Source of the DNA: Camelus dromedarius
Taxonomy: Eukaryota
DNA: 64,000 nt
Assembly: GCF_036321535.1 (NCBI RefSeq)
Contig: NC_087436.1
Coordinates: 22,508,001-22,572,000 of the forward strand
Direction of reading: 5' to 3'
Position 1 is the first letter of the stretch; each line of letters starts with the position of its first letter. The notes below the pieces were generated by a model, which searched no databases, was not told the origin of the DNA, and worked only from the letters and a program-made list of their open reading frames with translations. Positions 41,733 to 52,969 of this stretch are shown one piece after another. The position numbers and the translations under genes are program-made.

Positions 41733-43749
41733 AAAGGATGGATAGCTGGAGAAATACATGAAGTGCCATTTTCTTAATTCCACCTGTGTTTCAGTAAAAC
41801 ACATACAGATTTACATATGCTTGTTTGGAGACTGAATCAATAAACAACCGTAGGAAAACCCAGCCAACTAAAATGACCTTGTGGTATTACTTCAAAGCAA
41901 CTGTGAAATGAACTTTTTTTTTTTCTGGGAAACTTTGGACATTTCTGCTTTATAAATGAGCCATTGGATTTTTTGTGTGGTCTGAATTCAATAGTCTTTA
42001 ATATGGGGGGGAAAAACATGCCTGCACCCAAAGTTTCAATAAAAAATGACTCAAAATAAAGAATAAAACATAATTTATTGGGTAGCTTTTTGAATTAACA
42101 TAGAAATAGGTGAGAAAGTGCTATGTTCACTTGCAAAGGAAAAGAAAAGATCAAACACCAATTTTACGTACTGGACAGCAATCAGAGCTGAACCTTAAGA
42201 TTCTATATAAAATCAGATACTGACTCCTTAGGCCCTTATTTAAAAAGCCTCCCATTCGTTGATCCACTGAGTTTCATCTCCCCTTATCATCTTGTATAAT
42301 TATAGTTTAGAACACATCATTTTGCTGCCTCCTACTTCTAACCCTTCAGATGTGCTTCCCTAGCCCTTTTTCTGGTTAGTATTTGACACGGTATCCCAAA
42401 CCCTTCTCTCAAAGGCTTTCTCAAGAGAGTTCGCCTTCAAGAAGACTTTCCATATTAACTTCAATTCATATTAAATAATTCCTTTGCACTTGAACACACT
42501 TGTTTGTGTATTAGCATGTTTGTTCTCTGTTTTGGGTGTGTACCTGTTTCCTCACTTAGATGGTGGTATCAGTTTTCCGGTGATTAGCATCTCCAAAATC
42601 AGATAAATGTCTTAGAGCTGAGACAGATTGAAGAGAACACAGAATGTTTGTTTGTATGTTTAATAATCCCTACCTTATGGGGCAGGTTTTACGGTTCGAG
42701 TTGAGTGCCTGGCAAGTGGTAGGCAGTAAGTATATAATAGGGAACATGGGATTTTGAAGAGAGAGAGACAGAGAGACGTGAGTTCAAATGCTGGATTCAC
42801 CATTTCATCTCTGTGTGACCCTGGACAAGTCCATTTTCATCTGCAGTTTCCACATTTATAAAATAATGACAAGCAAATCCTACTTTCCAAGTGTTCACAG
42901 ATCATTTACATGATAAAAGTTTTCATTGGCATAAACAAATTGACATGAGGCCAGCTGTGTGGTAGTCAGGAGTTCTCACCATATTAAATTCAATATGGCC
43001 CAGGTTTCTGTTATATGATTTGATGTTTAATAGCCTTCAGATCTTGGGATCGCAGAATATCATGTGCCCCGCTTCTCAACAGCCCAATCAAATAAGTATG
43101 CCATCTTATCAAGACACTTTTTCTGAGGGTCTGTGAAAGGGCAGCCCTACCAAGTCCCTTCCTTCTCTCTGCTCCCATCACCCAGAAATGTTCCTTGATT
43201 CATATTTTATTCCTTCCTCTTGGTACGACTGCAATCAAATATAGCTCTAGTCTGGGAATTGATTCATTCTTCTCTGTCTCCTCTCCTCCCTCTTCCCTCC
43301 CCCTCCCATCTCTCTCTCTCCATCCACCTCCTTTTTATTCTCAGCTTCTTATTTTTGCACGGCAGTCAGTTACTCCCTTCTCAGCTTGTTCCTTACGTAT
43401 TTCTGATACTCATAATTCTTAGGAACGACAATTGCTTGAATCCTTTTGCAGACACCAAACAGTTGTCTCAGTTTCTTTTGCTTCCCTTCATAAATTATTT
43501 TCCCAGAGACTTAATTTTCCTGGATATTCAGAGAAATATGCTTCTCTTATGCTACCATATTATTTTTCTTAGAGGGACCATATGATGTTTTTCGTCTATT
43601 TTTAAAATTATGGAGCAGTTAGTACATAAAAGAACATATGTAGCACATATAACATGTTAATAAGTAACAATACAGTGAAATAGGATGTTACCCACACTGT
43701 GGAAATCCTCTTAAATTACTTTCATTTGTGCCCCATTTTTTGTGTCCCA

Positions 43750-46160
43750 CTTTAAAATACCTCTCAGATCGTCCTTGAAGCATCTTTTTCCTTCTTTCTG
43801 AAGTATAAACTTCAGATGTTACTTCAGGGAGAATCTGTTGTGGTAGACCACTTACTACATGAAAATGTCTCTAGTTTGGCTTTCTTTGAAAAGATATCTT
43901 TGCTGCATCTGATTCTAGGTTGAAAGAAGCTTTCAGCATTTTGAAGATGTTATTATAGTACCTTCTGTCTCCTGCTGAGAAGTCAAATGGTAATCTAGTC
44001 ACCATTCCTTTGTTCATAATCCATCTCTTCTCTCTGCTTTTTGTAAAGACTTGCTATTTTATTTGGTGCTCTGCAGTTTTGCTAAATTTGTACCTAGGTG
44101 TGATAATTTATTCTATTTGTGATTTTTTGGGGTACTACAAAAAATAAGTTCATTATTGCTCATGAAATTCCATCTCAGCCATTATCCACTTAAATATTGC
44201 TTCTGTTTTGTCTATTATTTCTTCCAGAACTTTGATTAGATATATGTTGGACTAGGCACATGAAAAAATACTCAATATCACTAATTATCAGAGAAATACA
44301 AATCAAAACTACAATGAGGTATCACCTCACACCAGTCAGAATGGCCATCATTCAAAAGTCCACAAATGACAAATGCTGGAGAGGCTCTGGAGAAAAGGGA
44401 ACCCTCCTTCACTGCTGGTGGGAGTGCAGTTTGGTGCAGCCACTGTGGAAAATAGTAGAGTCCTCAAAAGACTAGGAGTAGACTTACCATATGACCCAGG
44501 AATCCTGCTCCTGGTCTTATATCCAGAAGGAACCCTACTCCAAAATGACACCTGCACCCCAATGTTCATAGCAGCACTATTTACAAGAGCCAAGACTTGG
44601 AAACAGCCTAAATGTCCATCAACAGATGACTGGACAAAGAAGATATGGTATATTTACACAATGGAATACTATTCAGCCATAAAAACTGACACCATAATGC
44701 CATCTGCAGCAACATGGATGCTCCTGGAGAATGTCATTCTAAGTGAAGTAAGCCAGAAATAGAAAGAAAAATACCATATGAGATTGCTCATATGTGGAAT
44801 CTAAAAACCAAAACAAAACAAAACATACATAAATACAGAACAGAAACAGACTCATAGACATAGAATACAAACTTGGGGTTGCCAAGGGGGTGGGGTGTGG
44901 GAAGGGACAGACTGGGATTTCAAAATGTAGAATAGATAAACCAGATTATACTGTATAGCACAGGGAAATATATACAAGATCTTGTGGTAGCTCACAGTGA
45001 AAAAAAAATGTGTGACAATGAATATATGTATGTTCATGTATAACTGAAAAATTGTGCTCTACACTGAAATTTGACACAACATTGTAAAATGACTGTAACT
45101 CAATTAAAAAAAAAAGAGAAAAAAAAGATGTATGTTGGACTAGCTCATTCTATCATCCATGTTTCTTAATCTCTCTTTTATACTTTTCCATCACTTTGTC
45201 TTTGTGGGTACCAATTATATGATTTCTTAATCTGTATATTCTGGCTTCATTAACTCTCAAAGTGTTTTTCTGTAAACTTAGCTTTAATTTCACTGACTAC
45301 ATCTTTCATTTCTAAGTCTAATTTTGCTTTTTTTCAACTATGCCTGCTTATCTTGGATAGATGTTTGATCCTTAATCAGATTTTTTATTCCACATTTTAT
45401 TTATATAAATTTACTAGTCATACTAATCTTATATTTCTATTAATTCCAATATTTGTCTGATTCTGTCATACCTACTCTTTCACTCACCATTTCTTGTTTT
45501 ATTAATGTGTTTTATGAGCTTGGATTCAAGCATGTTTGTTAAAATTCTGTGGGAGTTTGCTGTGGCTTGGTACAAGGATGTATTCACCAAGAGTTTGCCA
45601 ACTTTCTGTATGTCCCAGTAAACTATCAGCTCAGATCTTCTTTAAACCAAAAGTATTTCATTATGAATAGTGTGAATTCAGGTTCCAAGCCCATTAAAGA
45701 ATAGGCCCATGGTCAAAAATATTTTGTCCCTTTGCTTGTCCCTTTACCCAAAGCCAGTCCTAGTCAGAGAAGTTTCCTATTTCTTTCCTTCTCTGATTTA
45801 GGCCTTTGTAAATCTGGGCTTTATACGAGGGTCTGCAGTCTTGACTCCTCACTGTCAAGGCCCTAATCTTTGACTTGCCCCTCTCTTAAGCACAGTCATT
45901 AAAACCAAAGCTGGAAACCAACTATTCAGAGGTCATATTTCCTGGGTCAGGGGGCAGCTTCAGCCCTTAGTTAACTTCCTGGACTTCTGCTGTTGCTTCA
46001 TTTCAGGCTTCAGAGAATTTCTATCCATTTATTCAGATCTCATTCATTTATGTAACTGCTATTTTTTAAAACTTATTCAGCACTTGAAAGATTTTTTGAT
46101 AGTTCCTGTAGAACTTATCAGAATTTCCTTGAACCAGTAGTGTTGCTTGAAACCAATGAC
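43750..46160 (-). mobile_element. Ancient L1 5'/ORF1 remnant hosting a young L1
   Basis: Antisense ORF1-like motifs 'gctgagaagtcaaatggtaatct' and 'ctcagccattatccacttaaatattgcttctg'; continues after 45143. Confidence 0.65.
44256..45125 (+). mobile_element. Young 5'-truncated L1 (ORF2 C-terminus + 3' UTR + poly-A), camelid-type
   Basis: ORF2 C-terminal peptides ([42 protein letters not shown]); 18-bp TSD AGAT(A/G)TATGTTGGACTAG at 44238-44255 and 45126-45143; TT|AG target. Confidence 0.96.
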
Positions 46161-46440
46161 CTTCTGTGTAATCTTAACATTGACAGCGTGTTTACCATTG
46201 CTCAGGCTGAAAGAGAAATGCCCAGCTGGTTCTGTTTAGTTCCACCTTGATCAGGAGTAGAGTTTTCCTTTCAAGCCCTCATCCGCACTTAAGATATTTC
46301 TATACGAGGTGGGCGCACAAAAGTCTACAATTGCTGCGGAAGAAGTCGAACACAGAGGATGGACTACAGGGAAGGTCTACACTGACAGACCGCTCAATGC
46401 TGAGTCTCTATTTAATGATGCCGTCCTATCTACCCCTTAC

Positions 46441-47025
46441 CTCTTGGCCAGGTCTTTCCTTTCAGTTCTGTCTGCCATCCTTCCCCAGCCCCACTCGTGT
46501 TTAGCTTCTACAAACAAGAGTTAAAACACTCTGCGATCTTTCTGTGCCTCTATTTTTGCCTCTGTGTTGTCCCATGGTAGAAGTGGGGAGATAGGGAGGG
46601 AAAATCTCCCCTTAGAGTACCATTGAAAAAGCAGAGGTAGGGGAAAATGCGCAGAAAATATGTAGATAAATTCTTCAAGGTTTTATCGAGAGAGAGAGAG
46701 AGAGAGTCTCAGATTCTTCTTGGGATACTGTTGCTTTCTCTTCAAGGGGGTAGGTGGTTTTCTTTTCCTATGCTCTCCTACCAATGATCTCATGCCAAGA
46801 AAATTAGGTCATTCTCGTCCATTACTATTGTCTTCCAGTTCCTGTGCTCAAGAGTGCAGATGGGTTTCACTCGGTCCCACAGAGCATCTTCTGCTTCCTC
46901 TACTCGAGGCGATCCCTTCACTACAATTGCACAATCCTCGCCCCAGCAGATCAACGGGAGTGCTGTTGCCCAACAGTGCAGCTGTGCTGCTCACTGGCTC
47001 TGGTCCAGGGTGACCTTCTTGTCAC
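46441..47025 (-). other. Putative alternative upstream first exon, possibly encoding MADRTERKDLAK- (46478-46441)
   Basis: Unique CpG-enriched sequence, TATAAA ~30 nt upstream (47055-47050), strong donor GAG|GTAAGG, ATG in aggATGG context. Confidence 0.45.
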
Positions 47026-47039
47026 CTTTTAGATTCTGC

Positions 47040-47080
47040 AAAGTCAGCATTTATAGGAACAATGCTGCTCAATAAACAGC
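47040..47080 (-). promoter_or_regulatory. Putative TATA core promoter with forkhead and Maf-type half sites
   Basis: Minus strand reads TGTTTATT (47078-47071) ... CCTATAAATGCTGAC. Confidence 0.4.
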
Positions 47081-48389
47081 ATGTGCTTGAGGCCTGAGGT
47101 AAATGTATGTCTCAGCCGCAAACATGGTCAAACATGATATTAACTTTACTCCTTCAGTCAGATTGGAAACTTATCCAGTAACTATGGTTTGCATCAAAGA
47201 TTTTTTTTAAGTTACTATTAAACTCAAACTCTTAGCATTTCAACCAGAGCACAACTATCACAAATGATTTGCAAACTGATAAAAATGAGGAAACCCACAA
47301 TAACAAGTGTTCTCTTTTACTCTTGAATATGTATCTGTAATATTAGTGTACGTAGATGCCTCTGTTTTCTTCCTACTCCAAGTTCTGCTCTGCTTTCAGA
47401 CTGGAAATGAAAAATGCTTTAGTTTCAAAATCTATTTTGTTCATTTTGAGAAAAAAATTGTTTGACAGGCACAGAGTGGAAACTGGCAATAAGCTTAAAT
47501 GGGGAAAAAAAAAGATTAAGGAGATTCTATCATTTATCCTTTATATTGATGAATGGGATACTGTATTAAATACAAATTTTAATTAAACAAATCATGTAAT
47601 TAATTCAATTATATGGGTTTTAAAAATTATTAAAAACAAGTCATTAATGCTGTTAAGAATTTCTTAGGACCTCTCCATCTTTTAATTCTCTGGGGAATTT
47701 AAAAAATAATAAATATAGTTTTGGGGTTCTATTTTCATGAAATAAGTAGAAATTAATGCAGATTTATTTTTTTTTTAAGTTTTAAGCTCTTCAACAAGAC
47801 AGACTATACTCAGTAAAATGATCAACGTTTGTTTAAGCTAGTTCATAAATCTTTATTTTTCACTCTCAATCTCCTAATTTCATTTAATGATATATTTGAC
47901 AATTATAGGCTACTTGATTTGTTTATGAGAAGCTCATCATCTTTAAAAAAAATGTCTTCAGACTCAACTAAAGGTAAAAATTCTCATTGTTAGCACTTAT
48001 TGACCTTTATTAAACACAAGTTGTGAGGCATTTGGTTGAGCGCTTACCTGCGTTATCTCATTTAGTTATCACAGTGCTGTAATGAGCTGTGTATGTTATC
48101 TTAATTTTACACTTGAAGAAACCTAGGCTTAGAGAATTTAAATGACTTGATGGTCCCCATTTAGTAAGTGGTGGATGCAGGATAAAAATCCACAGGTGCT
48201 TGGTTTCAAATTATTTACTCCTTTACGTGCTGCACTTCAACGTTTTTCTTTATGAAGGGTACAGATCTCAGAATGTAGTGGTGTCTTTAAACCTGATTGC
48301 TGTAAAGACGAAATGTCTTCCAATGTCAGAATCTTCTCTCTACACAGAATCATAGCATTTTAGAGCTGGAAAAACCCTACAAACCATGA

Positions 48390-48960
48390 GGTCCTGTGGT
48401 TCCCATGTTGTGGGCCAACGTGCCCTGGTCTATTGTAGCAAATTCACAAACCCACAGGGTAGTAGGGCCTTTAAATTTTTCAGTGTAAACACACTGACTT
48501 TTCAAGCATCTGTCAGATACTGAACGACTCACTCAAAGCATTTGGGTTTCAGTTTTTAGATAATGTGAAATTCCTTTGAGCGACATGATACCTTTCAAAA
48601 CTGTTAGTTTCCTAGGTTGAGATGGTAAAAAGTACCGCAGCACAATCAATGTGAAGCACCAGATGAAGGGGGCAGGATCTAGTCTAGTGTCAAGGTTTGA
48701 GAAGTTGTGCAGTGCTCAGTGAAGGCACACAGCCCGTTAATCACGAATTGTGCTTATTTAAGAATAAAAATATTTAACAATTTTTCAAATGATTTTATAT
48801 TATTTAAAATAGATATTAAGTTTTGAAGATGTAAATATTTATTAACATTTTTGGACCTAGCGACTTACAAAAGGAGCTGTAAGGTAGTTCTTTTGGTCTA
48901 GACATGGAAAAATTACTGAGAACTAAGAACATCATGAATCCAAAATATTCAGGAACCTCT
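48390..48960 (+). mobile_element. hAT-Charlie DNA transposon remnant
   Basis: Terminus 'gtggttccca...gtgccctgg' and transposase C-terminal-like 'caaggtttgagaagttgtgcagtgc...ggcacacagcccgttaa'. Confidence 0.6.
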
Positions 48961-49964
48961 GATCTAGTCCAATATTCCATATAATGCATGACGTAGACTC
49001 TCTGAATATATTCAGAGACTTATAGATGAGATAGATCTATAGCAAAGACACAAATACACTAAAACATGTAAAAAAGAAAATTATGTAGTGATTATAGTAC
49101 TCACAAATCATGATTTTGTTTTAAATTATAAAGCATGGTATGGCAAAGCCTTTATGGCTTCTTAAATTTACCCTGCCCATATTTGCTCAACTCATTTTAC
49201 TCTTTTGTTCACATCAAGAAAAAAATCTCCTATTTGTTTTGATCTCCTATTTGGCTCCAAAGTCTGTAACAAACAAATTTTAGGAAATCCATGGAGATGG
49301 AAAATACCTATAAAAAATATTTTAGATTTCCTTTCACAAGCAAGTTAATAACAATATATATTGTTGCTGTCATTGTTTTTGTCCATGTACTCTCTAAATA
49401 CTAAAGGCTTATTAATTCATTTAACAAATTTTTCTTGAGTGCACAACAGAGGAGCATTATATTAATCTATTGCTAAGTATTCCATAATGAAAGACTTTTT
49501 ATTAAGCAGAGATGATAATTGTATTCAATCTGGTTCTCCATAAAAATATTTTAAGTGAATTAAAAAATAAAATTTTGTTTTTCTTTACTTAACTCATGGG
49601 TTAAGATATCTTTAAAAATTTGATGATTGGTAGTTTACAAATTAAATTAGAATTAAATTTGGTTAAACAATTAATAAATGAATATTTGGCTATAAAAAAT
49701 ACTCAAACTATAAATAAATATAGAATAATATGTATAAGTCTTATTTAGCAAACTTCCTCACTGTTTTACATCCAAATCCCATCTTCTGCCTCAGAAGTCA
49801 CCCTTGCCTACATTGTAGGGTGTATCTTTCCACTACTACAGGTATTAAAGTAGACAAAGAGTGGGATCATATTATAATATGTATAATTCTGTTGTCACCT
49901 GCTTATTTCCACTCATTCATAAATTCTGTAGCATTATATGTATATATACATATGTATATAAGTT

Positions 49965-50120
49965 ATTTATTTTCCTCAGTTTTATTCAGATATTCAGATG
50001 TAAGTGACATAAACATTATATTAGTTTAAGATGCACACCATAATTATTTGATATAGGTATATATTGTGAAATGATCACAATAAATTTAGTGAACATTCAT
50101 CACCTCACAGTTACAAATTT
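49965..50120 (-). mobile_element. L1MA9-like 3' end inside an older L1
   Basis: Reverse complement resembles 23030-23150. Confidence 0.7.
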
Positions 50121-50188
50121 ACATATATGTATATATGTGTATACATATATATATATATGTGTGTGTATGTATACATATACACACACAT
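50121..50188. repeat. (TA)/(TG)/(CA) compound microsatellite
   Basis: Alternating purine-pyrimidine tract, directly visible. Confidence 0.9.
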
Positions 50189-51199
50189 CCTTTCAATGAA
50201 TTCATAGTTTTCCATTGTATGGATTGACCATAATTTAGCCAATATTCTAATTGTGATTTTCATTAGATTGTTTCCAGCTTTTTGATATTACAATGATGTC
50301 TTATATAGCATCTTCATTCATATGTCCTTATGCACATATGTGAGTGATTTTGTTGAATACATTCCTCAAAGCAAAGTCCTTTGGGATAAGATATATGTGC
50401 ACTTTAAATCTTGATAGACATGCCCAAGTCGCCTGGCAAAGCTGTTATAACCACTTGTATCATCAGCGGTACAGCAGAATGCTACTCTCCCTAGACACAT
50501 TTATGGAGAAATATTTGCAATTTTATTTGTGGTTTACTGTATGACCAAATATGTCACTGTTCAATCAATAATGGAAAACTAACAGAATTAGTCAGATCAT
50601 ACATATCGATACATTTTGTCTCCATTCTCGGCCAACTTTTGAGAAAGTTGTGTTAAAAGATTCCACTATAACTGACCTTTGTCAGGTCTTCTTAAATTTC
50701 TAATAGTTTTTCCTTTACTTTAAAGCTATGATATTAGGTGCATAAAAGATTCATGAGATATAACATACTGGTAGGTTGTACCTTTATAACAATATATAAA
50801 ACTGTCACATTGAATTTCTTTTGTCTGACTGGGAATATTTGTTTTCTGATAGTACCATAAAGAATTATTTTAGTTAGTTGTGTGTATCCATCCCTTAACC
50901 CTAAAACATTTCATTTCGTTTTATGGGTGTCTCTTTGCAAAGTGCTAATGACTGGAATGTTAACACTTGTTTTTAAAATGTATTTTATGTCACTTACTCT
51001 GGGAACTTCTGTCTTTTGAAAGGAATTAGTTGTGATTATTGATATATTTTGACTTATTTGAGTATCTATTTTATGCTTTCTTGTTTATAGATACTCTTAC
51101 TTTCTTCTTTATTTGTTCCTTTATGTTATATTGTTGGCTTGAATCAGTTTTCTTTGGTTTAGAAATCCCATATCACATTTGTATTCATTTAGTAGTTAT

Positions 51200-51790
51200 A
51201 TTTAATTTTTTGTTATTAAGGTAAAATTTATATGTAAGTGAGGTACAAAGACCTTGCATGTACAGTTTGGTCAGTTTTGAAACTGTACTTTCTTGGAATG
51301 CCATTTTGTCCCTTTTTAATTACATTAAAAAAAAGGCAAATTCAGGACAAGGAAATGTTGGATGACACAAACCCCAATGTTGAAGATGTATCCATATCAA
51401 GTTCTCCCTCACCTAAGAAATTTCCCTTTAGAACTATCCCAATCAGTCTCTGCCGCTCAGAAATAAAATGCTGTTCTCACTTCTATAACCATAAATTAGT
51501 TATGCGAATTCCAAAATTTCATATAAATGGAAGTACATGGCATGTGCTGTTTCATGGCTGCCTTATTTTAGTCAGTGTATCTGGTAGGTTTTCATCCATG
51601 TTATTGTGCATGTCAGCAATGCGTGCCTTTATTTTGCTAAGTAGTATTCCATTGAACGAAATACCAGAATTTGATTATCCATTCATCTGTTGTTGGATAT
51701 TTTGTTTGTTTGCAAATGTCTGCTATTATGAATTAAACTACAATCAACATTCTTGTATAAGTCTTTCTTGGTGGATGTACACGCCAAGAA
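51200..51790 (-). mobile_element. Old L1 (L1MC/MD-like) 3' end
   Basis: 'tttcatataaatggaagtacatggcatgtgc', 'ttatccattcatctgttgttggatattt'. Confidence 0.75.
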
Positions 51791-51791
51791 C

Positions 51792-52969
51792 TGTAAACAG
51801 TCTGGGATTTTACTTTTTCACAAGCTAAAAATTTCATGGATTCCGGCATAAGATATGAGACTACTGAGTCAGAGGCAAAAGACTTTGTCCCTCAGGGCAC
51901 AGTAAACAGCTTGACTATCAATATGTTTGCATCAGTTTCCCCTGCTTCCACGTCTCACGAGCTGAAGTGATGAGGCCCAAGTGGTTGTTATGCATGCAGG
52001 GGGTTTGTGACAATGCTAAATGCTGACAACGCCAAATGCTCATAAGGACACGGCGCAACATTAGCTCTCACTTATTGCTGATGGGAATGTAAAATGGTCC
52101 ACCCACTTTGCAAGACAGCTTGACAGTTTCTTACAAAACTAAACATCCTCTTACCATATGATCCAGCAATCGCATTCCTTGGTATTTATCCAAGTGAATT
52201 GAAAACTTATGTCCACACAAGAACCTAATCAGGAGTGTTTTTGGAAATTGCGTTAGTAATTGCAAAACAATTGGAAGAAACCAAGATGTCTTGTAATTGG
52301 TGAATGATTAAACAAATCATAGTAGATGCATACAATGGAGTATTCATCAATGATAAAAAGAAATGTGCTATCAAGACTTGATAAGACATGGTGGAATATT
52401 AATGTATTGCTAAAGAAACCAATCTGAAAAGGCTACATAGTCTAAGACTCCAAATATATGACATTCTGGAAAAGGCAACACTGTAGAGAAAAAGAAATGA
52501 ACAGTAGCTGCCAGGGTTTCAGTGGGAACTGGAGAGGGATGAACAGATGGAGCACAGGGCATCTTTAAGGCAGTGAAATTATTGATACTGGAATGTCAAA
52601 ATCCACAGAATTGTATAATATAAAGAGTGAAGCCTAAGGCAAACTAAAGACTAATTAGTTAATACTAACATACCAATATTGGTTCATCAACTACAATAAA
52701 TACATTACACTGAAGCAAAGTGTTAATAAAAGAGGAAACTGTGTGTGATGAGACAGTGGTGGAGGGTGGTAGGCAGTATATAGGACTTTCTATACCTGAT
52801 GTGCAATTTTTCCAAAACCCTAAAACCGTTCTAAAAAACAAAGGCTACTTAAAACAAAACAAAACAAACAAACAAATCCTTAAAAAGATAGCTTGGAACC
52901 AAGGCTTTTGGTGTCACTGGTCACATAGTACATGGAAACACCCAGCCTATAGGGAATTATTCCCAGCCA
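51792..52969 (-). mobile_element. ERVL-class LTR (LTR53/MER54/MER74-like) split by an L1 fragment
   Basis: 'tgtaaacagtctgggattttac...gagactactgagtcagaggcaaaagacttt' (51792-52012) and 'aagatagcttggaaccaaggc...gggaattattcccagcca' (52870-52969). Confidence 0.7.
52013..52868 (+). mobile_element. L1MB-like 3' fragment
   Basis: 'cttaccatatgatccagcaatcgcattccttggtatttatccaagtgaattgaaaacttatgtccacacaa'. Confidence 0.85.

Noticed and set aside
44260..44762. ORFs with strong protein-like signal
   Set aside because: Frameshifted L1 ORF2 C-terminus of a truncated insertion, not a host gene; the same applies to 62547-62924
9504..47080. Assigning a gene symbol from exon spacing (SLC38A4, SLC16A12 and others considered)
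   Set aside because: No recognisable coding sequence in the window and no exon match I could confirm; a BLAST search is needed
51238..51828. 196-aa ORF
   Set aside because: Antisense read through an old L1 3' end into an LTR, with a non-ATG start; chance ORF
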